IMG/VR virus record: IMGVR_UViG_3300013014_000024
Location: 1 to 64,000 of that record
Reading direction: 5' to 3' (one strand)
DNA length: 64,000 nt
Source of the DNA: a virus
Position numbers and translations under genes: made by a program. Of this stretch, positions 19,968 to 30,223 are shown in pieces. The notes below the pieces were generated by a model. That model made no database searches. It had not been told where the DNA came from and saw only the letters and a list, made by a program, of their open reading frames with translations. The first letter of the stretch is position 1; every line of letters starts with the position of its first letter.

Positions 19968-20068
19968 AATTTGATTGGTTCAAAAATACTTCATACATTT
20001 GTAAAAGAATTGAGGCCCATAGGTAATGAAAGATACTCAGGTTACTCAATTCAAGTTTTTTCACATAT

Positions 20069-20161
20069 GGTTGTGGTAGCTCAGTTGTGAAGCATGACTT
20101 CACATAGGTAGAGCATCGGTGTGAAAGCCGTGTGCCAGTGGTTCGATTCCACTCCCAACCA
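20069..20161 (+). ncRNA. tRNA-like RNA with hairpin inserted in D-loop, degenerate GAA loop
   Basis: Acceptor stem and AGTGG-TTCGATT-CCACT T-arm intact; TGTGAAG/CTTCACA insertion. Confidence 0.65.
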
Positions 20162-20224
20162 CAGAAATTTCTTTAATAAATTTGACAGGTTGTAAAATCT
20201 CTCGTATATTTGTAAAAGAAATAA

Positions 20225-20527
20225 GGACAGAGGAATTTTTTTTGGTTGTTTCCCTATACTCACCAAAGTTACTTTTTCTCCTCTCTAAATATTAAAAATA
20301 TAACTTGAATAAATGCGGGCGGACCTACAGATTGGTAATCTAACTCCTTCCGAAATTGGAAAAACATAACCAGGTCTTTTTTGTATAGGTTTTTGTTCAG
20401 ACTTTAAATTGAATAAAAAGGAGAGCGTCCTTCTCTAACGGCACCGTTTAAATTGCCGAACCTTTAAAATTAAACACACATTGTCCTGACGGGGACTAAA
20501 AAAAGGGAGGCGACGGTCTCCCTTTTT
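20225..20527 (+). ncRNA. candidate ~300-nt structured ncRNA
   Basis: TTTG-N20-TATATTTG promoter upstream, AGGACA/TGTCCT closing stem, terminator at 20500-20527, no ORF. Confidence 0.5.
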
Positions 20528-20562
20528 TGTTATATTTATTGGTAAGTAAATTACCAAATACT

Positions 20563-20817
20563 ATGAAAAAATTTCTATCGTCAATGTTTAGCGATGACAA
20601 TTCAATTAACGAAAAAGCCGTTATCGGAGTTATGTCATTTATTATGATGTCTATGTTTGCTCTTGCAGATATTATTACAGGTGCCATAGGTAAGGATTTA
20701 GTTATAAATGAATTTATTTATGACTCATTCAAATGGTTAACAATAGCCTGTTTTGGTATTGCAAGTGTTGATAAGTTCATCAACAAAAAAGACACAGGGG
20801 AAAATCCTGAAAGTTAA
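20563..20817 (+). CDS. 2-TM membrane protein (holin-like)
   Basis: Two hydrophobic helices. Confidence 0.65.
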   Translation: MKKFLSSMFSDDNSINEKAVIGVMSFIMMSMFALADIITGAIGKDLVINEFIYDSFKWLTIACFGIASVDKFINKKDTGENPES

Positions 20818-20886
20818 TTTAAGTCCCCCTCTTTATTGTAGGGGGATTTTTATTTTTTTTGAGTATTTATAATAAAATAAAAATTT

Positions 20887-21339
20887 ATGAAAAGAATAGT
20901 AAGATTAACTGAATCTGATTTAGTCAGATTGGTTAAAAGAGTAATTAAAGAACAAGATGATAGTTTTTTTGACGAACTTGAAAATGATTTAGATAATGAC
21001 AATTTTGAATCCGATTTTTCATATGATAGTGAAAGAAATGACATTCGTAGTATGGGAAAATCAGGAAATTTAAAACACGAATCTAATAAAGATTTTGTTG
21101 TTTTAGATGGATTTAATTCTAAATCAGTACAAAAAGCAATTTCAAAGTTACCTAAAACCGTTAAATTTATTAATTTTAGTAATTGTGAAAATGCTGATTT
21201 TAGTGGAGTTAATTTATGTGAATATCCAGAATTAGTATTTGTAAACGTTAAAGGAACTCCAAACAATTTTGAAGAAACTCAAGAAGATTGTTATGAAACA
21301 CTTGGCAATGGTTATAGTTTTAATAGTGATAAGGATTAA
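20887..21339 (+). CDS. LTE-leader protein with short LRR-like region
   Basis: MKRIVRLTESDLVRLVKRVIKE. Confidence 0.85.
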   Translation: MKRIVRLTESDLVRLVKRVIKEQDDSFFDELENDLDNDNFESDFSYDSERNDIRSMGKSGNLKHESNKDFVVLDGFNSKSVQKAISKLPKTVKFINFSNCENADFSGVNLCEYPELVFVNVKGTPNNFEETQEDCYETLGNGYSFNSDKD

Positions 21340-21414
21340 TAATCAATAATGTTTATATTTTAAGTCCCCTCTTTATTGGAGGGGATTTTTATTTACATTA
21401 GATATTTATTATTA

Positions 21415-22548
21415 ATGAAAATTATTATTACTGAAAGTCAGTATCTGACTCTTTTAATTGAAGAAAAAAAATCTAAAGAGATTGAAGGGTGCACGGTATT
21501 TAAAGACATCAATCTAAGAGAGTTTTGTAAATCTGTAGAATCACATATATCAGAAAATCTTTCAGAATATTCTCCCTATATGGAATCTTTGATTAAAACG
21601 TATTTTTCGAGTAACAAGAGAATATCCAAAATCCAAATGGAAGAATTAAATAATGAGTCTGACATTGTAAAAAATGGATTAGATGAAATTGACGAAGTTG
21701 TTAAAGATTTATCAAAGAATTGTCCGAATGCAGAAAATATCGCAAAAGAGTTGAGAGAAAAATGGATGTCTAAATACAACGTTTATTTCAAAGATGGGAA
21801 CGGTAATTATCACTTAATCAATAGATTAAATACCAATTATACCGCTATGGCGGTTTTGGTGACCTTTTTCTATGAAGATTTAATAGAACAAGTAAGAACT
21901 TGGACTACAAGACAAAAAACACCAAGTAAATTTTTTATAGAAAATTGGGTCGACCATTTTTTTTATCCAAATGTTCAACTTATTGACCCTAGAAAAGGAA
22001 TTGAAAATGATAAAGTGGGTGAAAACAAAAAATTAGTCAAGACTCCGAATAAAATTTTACTATTAAATAAAATTTTAAACCCACAAGAATTCAAAGTCGA
22101 AAAATCAGAATATCATGATAATTTCATGAGAGCCCTTGTACAAGTAAGGGAAAAAGGTTTTCAAACTGAACAATTATTTGAAAATATGTTAAAAGATAAT
22201 AAAATTGTTTATAAAAAATATAACTATGACTATTCTTTTGTTGATATGATTTTAGGTATTGATTTTCTTATAAAACAAATGAGAGATAATTCAGATTATT
22301 GGGTTCCAGTACAAGTTAAAAGTACGTTTAGAGAAAAATACAACTTGATTGATAAATTTAAATGTACAAAAGTTATCAAACCCGAACTTTCGAAGGTTAA
22401 TGATAAGTATGATTTTGAAATAGGCGGAATTAGAGGATTTGAAGAATATTTTTGTAAGGAACACAGTTATTGTAGAAAAAAAGAAAAGGAAAAAGTTTAT
22501 GCTCCTCTATCAGTAGACTATTTCTCTTCAAGAGAAGGAAAAATATAA
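21415..22548 (+). CDS. ITE-leader protein with PD-(D/E)XK-like C-terminal motif
   Basis: GIDFLIK...VPVQVKS. Confidence 0.65.
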   Translation: MKIIITESQYLTLLIEEKKSKEIEGCTVFKDINLREFCKSVESHISENLSEYSPYMESLIKTYFSSNKRISKIQMEELNNESDIVKNGLDEIDEVVKDLSKNCPNAENIAKELREKWMSKYNVYFKDGNGNYHLINRLNTNYTAMAVLVTFFYEDLIEQVRTWTTRQKTPSKFFIENWVDHFFYPNVQLIDPRKGIENDKVGENKKLVKTPNKILLLNKILNPQEFKVEKSEYHDNFMRALVQVREKGFQTEQLFENMLKDNKIVYKKYNYDYSFVDMILGIDFLIKQMRDNSDYWVPVQVKSTFREKYNLIDKFKCTKVIKPELSKVNDKYDFEIGGIRGFEEYFCKEHSYCRKKEKEKVYAPLSVDYFSSREGKI

Positions 22549-22567
22549 TTTTTCATATCTTTGTAAC

Positions 22568-22777
22568 ATGCCATTCGAAAAAAAATTAGAATCAAAACCC
22601 GTTAAATGGGAAGTCGTTTATGAGGACGAAGAATCTATTTCCATTTGGAGATATGATACAAGGAAAACTACATTTGGACCTGTTGAAGTAGAGTATAAAT
22701 GGAAACGCTCATTCAAACCTTGGAATAATAAGAAAAAAACGATGGGTGAAATAGTTAAGGATATGAAAAATAAATAA
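22568..22777 (+). CDS. hypothetical protein
   Basis: ORF after TATCTTTG. Confidence 0.7.
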   Translation: MPFEKKLESKPVKWEVVYEDEESISIWRYDTRKTTFGPVEVEYKWKRSFKPWNNKKKTMGEIVKDMKNK

Positions 22778-22782
22778 AAAAT

Positions 22783-23595
22783 ATGATGATGGACGAAACC
22801 ATATTAAGGAAAAAAATAAAAATTTTATTAGAATCTTACAAGTCTTCATACAGTATACCTGCACTCATAAGACACCAATTAGAATTGATATATAAACCTC
22901 TCGGAATGTGGGGGAAAGCACCTAATCCTGATGATAATTGTCAAACAGGTTTTGGGGTGATAAATATATTTCCACATTCAGAAAATGACAAATGGTCAAT
23001 ACTGAATCGTTTTGATACAAATTTTAAAGTCAAAGAAAGATTAGAATTCTTATTTTCTGAAAATAACAAACAAACTTTAAACCCAATTTCATTTGAAAGT
23101 TGGATTGAAGAAAATAGAAACGATTTGTTTGGTCCTGACGGAAAGTATACAGAAGAATTGGTGGATTTGAATATGCATACAATAATGATTGGTAATAAGA
23201 ATGAAGATTTCGCTGTTGAAGTACTAAAAGGACGATTTCCAAACACAAAAATTATAAGGTATTGTTCTGGAGATTTTAGAGACACTATACAAGGTATTGA
23301 TATAAGAATTGATTATAAACCTACTCCATATAATGTACAGGTCAAACCACTTATAAGTGTTAGTTCATATATAGATTCAGAGGGGAATATTTTTTTTGAG
23401 GTGACTTGTTATTTGAATACTAGTAAATATTCTGAAAAGAATGTGGACGTTTTTATGTTTGTTAATCCAATGACAAATCAGTTCATTTTATTTAAAAATA
23501 AAAAAGATAAAATTACTCAAATAGAAAATAACTTAATAAGATTTTACGAACGTCCAGTGTATACCAACATAACCGTAGAAACAGAAGAAAAATAA
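22783..23595 (+). CDS. leader-bearing protein with PD-(D/E)XK-like motif, related to 21415
   Basis: Shared (L/I)NR..TN and GID....VQVK motifs. Confidence 0.65.
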   Translation: MMMDETILRKKIKILLESYKSSYSIPALIRHQLELIYKPLGMWGKAPNPDDNCQTGFGVINIFPHSENDKWSILNRFDTNFKVKERLEFLFSENNKQTLNPISFESWIEENRNDLFGPDGKYTEELVDLNMHTIMIGNKNEDFAVEVLKGRFPNTKIIRYCSGDFRDTIQGIDIRIDYKPTPYNVQVKPLISVSSYIDSEGNIFFEVTCYLNTSKYSEKNVDVFMFVNPMTNQFILFKNKKDKITQIENNLIRFYERPVYTNITVETEEK

Positions 23596-23641
23596 ATAAC
23601 TTTTATGATACAAAAAAAGGTCAGATTATTCTGACCTTTTT

Positions 23642-24016
23642 TTATTGATTTAACTGTTTTTCATAGTTCCTCAATAAAAATGTAATATTTTCTTTTCCTA
23701 CAGGATTTGCCGAATGTACATTCCATTTAGGAATCGGTAATTCATTTTTTAAACAATAATTACACACCCATTTTGCCGCATCATAACCTGTTTTTTCATT
23801 AAACTCTGTTTCTTGTGGATTTGGCGGATTTTCATGACCTCCATTATTAAAAAAATATTTGGTGTGTTCTTTTGATAAATCGTGGTCAAAAGAAATTTCA
23901 TCAGGCATCCCGTTTAGTAGAATGTAATCAACAAATTCTTCGTAAGACCTAACAATATCCCAACCCTCAGTCTTTGGAGTTCTTATGTCGTCTAAATATA
24001 GTTTTTTGTATTCCAT
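23642..24016 (-). CDS. cyclic-phosphate-processing receiver-like domain protein
   Basis: LYLDDIR.P, ISFDHDL, TGYD, VHSANPVG. Confidence 0.8.
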   Translation of the reverse strand: MEYKKLYLDDIRTPKTEGWDIVRSYEEFVDYILLNGMPDEISFDHDLSKEHTKYFFNNGGHENPPNPQETEFNEKTGYDAAKWVCNYCLKNELPIPKWNVHSANPVGKENITFLLRNYEKQLNQ

Positions 24017-24218
24017 TTTCATTTTTTTTTACTGATTCGTTACCAATTTCTTGGTATGCGTCCCATAGTTGCCCTAAAGCGTATTCTAACTTAAATTTTA
24101 TTTCTTTATTTTTTTTGGATACAGGATGTTTTACACAATGGTCTTCCAAATTACACATTAATACATGTAACCTATCCATTAACTCCAAATAGTGACCATC
24201 ATTTATTTTATTTTTCAT
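23967..24218 (-). CDS. hypothetical protein
   Basis: ORF in operon. Confidence 0.6.
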   Translation of the reverse strand: MKNKINDGHYLELMDRLHVLMCNLEDHCVKHPVSKKNKEIKFKLEYALGQLWDAYQEIGNESVKKNENGIQKTIFRRHKNSKD

Positions 24219-24889
24219 GGATAATCAATTTGTTTTGTTTCAACATCAAAATCAACAACAATTGGTTTGTTTTCATACTCATATCTTTCATTAAGAACAG
24301 ATGCGTTTAAGAATTCAACACCATTAAAGTTTTTTTGACCATAAGCCCAATGTATATGACCACAAACATGAATTTTAGGTTGAACTTCCATGATTCTGTG
24401 AAACAAATCCTGACAACCAACTTGTTGACCTGAGATTGTATGGTCTAACATGCCAAAAGCAGGTCCGTGAGTTATCAATACATCTGTGTTTGGAGGTATT
24501 TTAGACCATTTTTCAGCCAATTTTTCCCCTCTTGGAAGATTGAATGCCCAATTATAGAATTCAGGTTGCCAAGGACTACCATAGAACTTTACCCCATCAA
24601 TTACAACCTCACTATCAAAAAGATAATGAACTCCCTTTTCTTTGAACTCATCTGCAATGTCAGTATGTAATTCAAATCCAAAGTCATGATTTCCTGCAAT
24701 GAAGATTTTGTGAGTAAAATCAGTATTACTGAACCAATCCAAAAAATTAACAATTTCGTGACTCTTACCCACACTAGTACAATCACCAGCATGGACAAGA
24801 ACATGACCACTTCCAAGTATATTACCATAGGCATTACTTGTGAGATGCTTGTGTTTGTTGTGAGTGTCGCTGATGAATGTTATTTTCAT
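24215..24889 (-). CDS. metallophosphoesterase (MPPED-like)
   Basis: ISDTH, HAGD, AGNHD, THGP, GHIH. Confidence 0.9.
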   Translation of the reverse strand: MKITFISDTHNKHKHLTSNAYGNILGSGHVLVHAGDCTSVGKSHEIVNFLDWFSNTDFTHKIFIAGNHDFGFELHTDIADEFKEKGVHYLFDSEVVIDGVKFYGSPWQPEFYNWAFNLPRGEKLAEKWSKIPPNTDVLITHGPAFGMLDHTISGQQVGCQDLFHRIMEVQPKIHVCGHIHWAYGQKNFNGVEFLNASVLNERYEYENKPIVVDFDVETKQIDYP

Positions 24890-25068
24890 AAAATGTCGTT
24901 TTTTTCGTCTTCTGTCCAATTTAAAAAATCTTCTCCTTTGTAATCATGGTGGTTTTTTAACATGTAGTCAATTCCACCAGCCCATAACCATACGAGAGAT
25001 AATACTAACGCTAAGATAAACAATATAATTCCAATCATAAAATAATTTTATTTGTATTTAAATATCCA

Positions 25069-25701
25069 CTAATCCCACCAATGTTTAGCGCCGCTACCAT
25101 CAAACCATTTATACCACAAATCAGTTTTCTTTCTATCCTCATCACTTGTTGATTCCACCAATTTAACATACTCACTATGGTCTTGACCTTCAAGGATTCT
25201 CCAAATCTCTTTCCATTCTTCTTTTTCAATCTCGTCCGCTCTATTATAGACATTTCTGTTATGTTCTTTTTCTTCAGAATTTGGTTCAATGAGTTGAAAA
25301 TAATCGGGATTATCTTTAACCTCTTCAAAATCCCAATCAATATCTTTAATTTTACCCAATTCTTTTTCTGCCATTTCAATGTATGAATCAGAACGAAGAT
25401 GACCAAGTAATTCAATAACTCGTTTCATTTTTTGAACTTTCTTCATTCTTGAATCATCTACCTCATGACCATGATATTCAATGGTATTGACAGTTTTTTC
25501 AAGAGAGCGACCAAGCATTTGAAGATTAAATGAATAATCCCAAGACCTAAATTCCCAAAGTGATTTTCTAAAAAACCAAAGGTTCTCAAAAAACATTGGA
25601 ATCTTGTATCTGAATAATTCATAAACTTTATAGATTGGTTTTTGATGCCAAACCAATCTTTTTAGTGACTTTCCGAAACTGTCTGCAAATAATATTTTCA
25701 T
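25069..25701 (-). CDS. hypothetical phage protein
   Basis: ORF ending WWD. Confidence 0.75.
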   Translation of the reverse strand: MKILFADSFGKSLKRLVWHQKPIYKVYELFRYKIPMFFENLWFFRKSLWEFRSWDYSFNLQMLGRSLEKTVNTIEYHGHEVDDSRMKKVQKMKRVIELLGHLRSDSYIEMAEKELGKIKDIDWDFEEVKDNPDYFQLIEPNSEEKEHNRNVYNRADEIEKEEWKEIWRILEGQDHSEYVKLVESTSDEDRKKTDLWYKWFDGSGAKHWWD

Positions 25702-25862
25702 TTTTTTCTTCTTTTAAAAAAGTTAGATAATTTTTTTGTTGGTTCTATCTCAGTGTATTTACCATTAGATTTGTCATCATATGTAGGAGCTCTCCAAACC
25801 TCAAACGCCATCCAAACAAATGTACATAAAAAAAATATTCCAATAATTTTTATTTCTTCCAT
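25698..25862 (-). CDS. small membrane protein
   Basis: 54-aa ORF MEEIKIIGIFFLC...; promoter upstream; ATGA coupling. Confidence 0.55.
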   Translation of the reverse strand: MEEIKIIGIFFLCTFVWMAFEVWRAPTYDDKSNGKYTEIEPTKKLSNFFKRRKK

Positions 25863-26007
25863 ATAGCAAATATACAAAAAAAATAAGACCCGTCAAATAA
25901 ATTTGCGGGTCTTTTGGAAAGGATATATGAGAACACTCCGGGAGTGATAGCGATAATAAATATTAAAAAAAATCAAAAAAATCAACTTGCTGACATCACA
26001 GGAAGTA

Positions 26008-26043
26008 TTATTTTAATAAATTATAAAATTCGTTAAAGTGTTT
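26008..26043 (-). pseudogene. displaced C-terminal remnant of endolysin
   Basis: Reads KHFNEFYNLLK* versus lysin end QEFQKFYKLLF*. Confidence 0.65.
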
Positions 26044-26690
26044 TACAAAAATTTAAATATATATCCTTTAGTTTGTTTCCGTTTACCATTTGCAACTAAA
26101 CTAGCTTTAGAATTATATTTTATATCTATTCCTAAATGTCTAAGAGCATCATTTAAAGAATTAAAAATTCCAATTTCTTCACCACTAACATAAGTTATAA
26201 CTAATGTTTTTTTTGCTTGTCCAGATTTAATTGCACCTAAAATACGATTACGTATAGATTCCTCAGACGCTTTTCTTCCCTTTTTATATATTCCTCTTTT
26301 AATTTTTATTTCTTCACTTTGTTTTTTTCCATATTGAGGATTTTTACTACCTAGTTTTTGTTGTCTTAATTTTTCTTTGGTAAAAGACGTTCTTTTACAA
26401 TTCCAAATTCCATCTCCACCATCTGTCATATTACATAATAAACCAGTATTTAAATCTTTTCTACCATATAATTTTATAAATTCCTGTTCTTTAACTGATG
26501 CCTCATCTTTTGTTATATTATCAAATAAAATATCAACCTCAATATTTGTTTTTTTATAAATTTTTTTCCAAATTTCATTCCTTTTTTCCACATCGTATGC
26601 ACGTAAATAATTTTTTTTATTACCAATACCGATGTAAAATGGTTCATTTTTATCTAGTCTTATATGTCTATATACATACCAATTGTTCAT
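26043..26690 (-). mobile_element. free-standing GIY-YIG homing endonuclease with NUMOD motifs
   Basis: WYVYRH..FYIGIG, LCNMTDGGDG, KNPQYGKK. Confidence 0.85.
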
Positions 26691-26702
26691 AATTATATGT
26701 AT

Positions 26703-27539
26703 TTAAAATAATAATTTATAAAATTTTTGAAACTCTTGAATACGTTGACTCAACCCAATAGTGCCGCCATTAACACATTTAGATACTGCTGTTATAGCTT
26801 CAGTTGAAGAACCTAAATCACATTTTGGTAAACATCTTTGGAAGAACCAAGCAGCGCTCAATAATGGATATTTTGTTGATACCAAATCAGGATTTGAAAT
26901 AACATCTTCATTTATTGCTTTACCAAAAGCGTTATAGTTATCTTTACCAGTAAGTTGTAAGTGTCCCCTCCCTCTAAATCTATAACCTTCTTTTGTTGCC
27001 TCCGAGCCATTTCCCATTCTACCACCATAAACCCTTGAACCTATTTTTTCAGCTTGTCTTGCGTATGATTCTGCTAAATTTCCAGGAAAATATTTTGAGA
27101 ACGTATTTTTTAAACCGGTGGATGAATAATTCAAATTTTCTTGAACTATTTTAAATCCGCCAGATTCATGACTACATTGAGCCAAAAAATGTGCCAATCT
27201 TAATGGTGTATTAATTTTAAATTTTGATGCCGTATCAGGTATTTGTGCAATAACTGAGTCAGGTATATGACCTTTTAAATTTTTTAGTTTTAACCCACTA
27301 ACACTTGATATTGAAGAAGTTTGAGGTTGTTTTGGTTCGGTTATAATTTGTGGTGGTGGACCAAACATTTTATTCCATGTTTCACTACCCACAATACCAT
27401 CAGGATTTGCGTCATTATCTATTTGCCATTTTTTAACTGCTTTAGCAGTTCCCTGACCAAATACACCATCTGCGGTTAACCCTAATTTTGCTTGGAGTTT
27501 TTTTACGTCATCTCCTTGTGACCCTACTTTAAATAACAT
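26703..27539 (-). CDS. endolysin: peptidoglycan-binding domain + GH19 chitinase-like domain
   Basis: ADG.FG..T..AV..WQ; AHFLAQCSHESGGF, YRFRGRG.LQLTG, VNGG. Confidence 0.9.
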   Translation of the reverse strand: MLFKVGSQGDDVKKLQAKLGLTADGVFGQGTAKAVKKWQIDNDANPDGIVGSETWNKMFGPPPQIITEPKQPQTSSISSVSGLKLKNLKGHIPDSVIAQIPDTASKFKINTPLRLAHFLAQCSHESGGFKIVQENLNYSSTGLKNTFSKYFPGNLAESYARQAEKIGSRVYGGRMGNGSEATKEGYRFRGRGHLQLTGKDNYNAFGKAINEDVISNPDLVSTKYPLLSAAWFFQRCLPKCDLGSSTEAITAVSKCVNGGTIGLSQRIQEFQKFYKLLF

Positions 27540-27544
27540 ACTTA

Positions 27545-28159
27545 TTAATTTTCTTTGATTATTCCACAAACTAAACACTCTTCCTGTCCGTCACCATCTT
27601 TATCCCCCCAAACGTGGTCGCAATATCTGTGTGCAAAGTATTCGTCTATATCACCATCACCATCCTTATCTATACCGTCCATAGTACCATCACCATCTTC
27701 GTCAATTTCCACTTCGACTTGGGGGGCGACTTGGGGGGAGACTTGGGGGGTATCTTCTGTGGTGAATTGTGGGTCGACTTGGGGGGTACTTTCCATTGCA
27801 TTTTGTATATCTTCAGGTATAATCGGTGTTGGTTCTGGATTTGTTAAATCCATTTGTGAGGTATCTGATAATGAAACACCATCTTCTTCGTCCATTTTTT
27901 GGACCAACATTTTATCTTTATCATTATCTTTAAACCAATAGTCAATTATCTTTCCATAACTACCAATAAAGGCTCCTAATAGTAGGAGAAGTAATTCTTT
28001 CCATTGTTCGGCCATTTCAGTATGCATTGAAATTGCAAAACCAATACCTCCGATTATTCCTAAAAATGTTATTAGAACTGTTATACTAATAAACAATCTC
28101 TTGTTCATTATTGAGGATAATAATTTTTCAAATTCTTTCGGTGATGTTTTCTCTGACAT
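27545..28159 (-). CDS. 2-TM holin-like protein with PQV repeats and DxDGDG motifs
   Basis: Adjacent to lysin; TM helices; DEDGDG, DKDGDG x2. Confidence 0.7.
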   Translation of the reverse strand: MSEKTSPKEFEKLLSSIMNKRLFISITVLITFLGIIGGIGFAISMHTEMAEQWKELLLLLLGAFIGSYGKIIDYWFKDNDKDKMLVQKMDEEDGVSLSDTSQMDLTNPEPTPIIPEDIQNAMESTPQVDPQFTTEDTPQVSPQVAPQVEVEIDEDGDGTMDGIDKDGDGDIDEYFAHRYCDHVWGDKDGDGQEECLVCGIIKEN

Positions 28160-28265
28160 ATCTTATCTTTTATTAATAAATACTTTTATTTTAGGCACAA
28201 AAAAAATATTTATAATGTTTATTACATTATAAATATTTAATCATTTTTAATTGATGAGAGTTTAG

Positions 28266-28661
28266 TTATCTTTTATATCTATCTTCTAATACTTGTAAAC
28301 GAGCTTTAATATCAGCTCTTTCTTGCATTGCATTTTCTTTAACTTCATATATTACGTTGTATAAATCCATTTTCATATCTGACCTAGCTTGCATAGCATT
28401 AGCTCTCAACTGCTCAAGTTCAATTGTAGTCCCTTGTACAGGAATTGCTTTATTTTCTGCATTTACAACTATGGCAACTTTATTTTCTAGCACAGTAATT
28501 TTATCATTCAACACATTTACTTGAGTTAATAGCCATCCGATTGCCGATACACATACTGGAAATAAAATAAAAACTAATTTTTCTACTAAATCGGATTTAC
28601 CTTTATCAATTGCCATTTCTTTTTCTAAATCAATAGTTCTTTGTTCTTGATTTGTTGCCAT
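28266..28661 (-). CDS. TM + coiled-coil protein
   Basis: One TM, coiled coil; in lysis region. Confidence 0.7.
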   Translation of the reverse strand: MATNQEQRTIDLEKEMAIDKGKSDLVEKLVFILFPVCVSAIGWLLTQVNVLNDKITVLENKVAIVVNAENKAIPVQGTTIELEQLRANAMQARSDMKMDLYNVIYEVKENAMQERADIKARLQVLEDRYKR

Positions 28662-28665
28662 TTTA

Positions 28666-29781
28666 TTATTTTTTGTCTTTTTTATCATCTGATGTGGCGT
28701 ACTTAATACCCATAATTGTGCCAACTATTGAGAAGGCGTTTGTAAGTAATACGCTGAACATATTACTCCAAGTTGAACCAATTATTTGAGTATCTTTCTG
28801 TGTAAGAAGTGCAAATGAGTACATTATTGTAGTTATGAATCCAACACTAATAATAACTCCCAATGCACATTTAACGATAATTTTTATGAGTTCGTTTTGA
28901 CTCTTTTTAAGAGTTGCATCTAAATCGTTCAAAGCAACATTTTTCTCCTTTTCGATGGCATCTTTTAGTTTCTCCGATTCCTTTAACTGTAGTTGCAAAT
29001 CTTTTGATAATAAATCAATTTCCTTTTTATTATTTACCGATTCAGTAACGTCAGTCGCAATTTTAATTACATTTGTGACATTTCCTTTACTATCAAAGAC
29101 AGGATTGTATGTTGCTTGTAAATAGATAGTAGAACCATCTACTTTTTTTCTTTCAAATATCCCATCTAAAAATTTACCATTATTTAAGTTCTGCCAAAAC
29201 TTAATATACTCATCGGATTTTGAATATTCATAACTGACAAAAATACTATGGTGTTTTCCAACAACTTGATTTTTTTCATTAGATTTGAAACCCATTGTTT
29301 CTAAGAAAATAGAATTAGCATCCAAAATAAAACCATTCATATCAAAAGTAATAGTGGCAGTACTTTTGTTAATTGCGTCCACTTGTTTTTTACTATTAAC
29401 AATTGCAGTAATGTCAGTAGCAACTTTCATTACTTTAGTAATTGTACCACTCTCATCAAAAATAGGGTTGTATGTCGCCTGTAAGTTGATAAGACTACCA
29501 TCTCTTTTCCTTCTTTCAAATTCTCCTTTATAATACTTACCACTTCTTAATATGTCCCAAAACTTTTCGTACTCCAACGACCTTGCATAATCTTCACATA
29601 CAAAAATACTATGATGTTTACCAACAATTTCCGCGTGCTCATCTTCCCCATATCCCATTGCTTTCAAAAAAATCGCATTAACACCCAAAATTTTTCCAGT
29701 AAGGTCAAAATAAATAAGGGCGTTACTTCTATTAATCGCCTCCATCCTACTCAATAACTCTTCTTTGGATAGATTTTTCAT
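28666..29781 (-). CDS. tandem PAS-domain membrane protein
   Basis: Two BdlA/Aer-like PAS repeats (G.IL..N..FL..MG..VGKHHSIFV..FW..L..G..LQATYNP.FD), coiled coil, 2 TM. Confidence 0.9.
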   Translation of the reverse strand: MKNLSKEELLSRMEAINRSNALIYFDLTGKILGVNAIFLKAMGYGEDEHAEIVGKHHSIFVCEDYARSLEYEKFWDILRSGKYYKGEFERRKRDGSLINLQATYNPIFDESGTITKVMKVATDITAIVNSKKQVDAINKSTATITFDMNGFILDANSIFLETMGFKSNEKNQVVGKHHSIFVSYEYSKSDEYIKFWQNLNNGKFLDGIFERKKVDGSTIYLQATYNPVFDSKGNVTNVIKIATDVTESVNNKKEIDLLSKDLQLQLKESEKLKDAIEKEKNVALNDLDATLKKSQNELIKIIVKCALGVIISVGFITTIMYSFALLTQKDTQIIGSTWSNMFSVLLTNAFSIVGTIMGIKYATSDDKKDKK

Positions 29782-29907
29782 TTTATATCTTGGTTTTACA
29801 TTAATACCAAAGACACGGCAATCCACTGAAATTCTAAATTTCTTAGGTTAGTATCTTGGTTTCTATAAATATCAAGAAAAAACTTATCTTATAATTTTTA
29901 TAATTAA

Positions 29908-30114
29908 TTAATCTTCAACTTTTCTTATAACAATTTCAGTACTGTTGGATAACAACCAAATATCCAACAAAATTATTACAAGATAAACTTCTATTTCTGA
30001 AATAGGATGAGGTATATTATTAAAAAAATTTAATATTAACCAAGAAATTACTTTTACAGATACTAAAAGTCTTACTATTATTAAAATAAGGGCAAAAAGT
30101 GATTTAAAAAACAT
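29908..30114 (-). CDS. small 2-TM protein
   Basis: Hydrophobic ORF. Confidence 0.55.
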   Translation of the reverse strand: MFFKSLFALILIIVRLLVSVKVISWLILNFFNNIPHPISEIEVYLVIILLDIWLLSNSTEIVIRKVED

Positions 30115-30223
30115 AACTCAAGTTTAAAACTATTTATTAAAAAAAACAATAACGATGGTTAATTTAGAGATATTCAAAACAACTATGTTTGTCTTAATCA
30201 AACTCTTGGTAAAAATTTAAATT

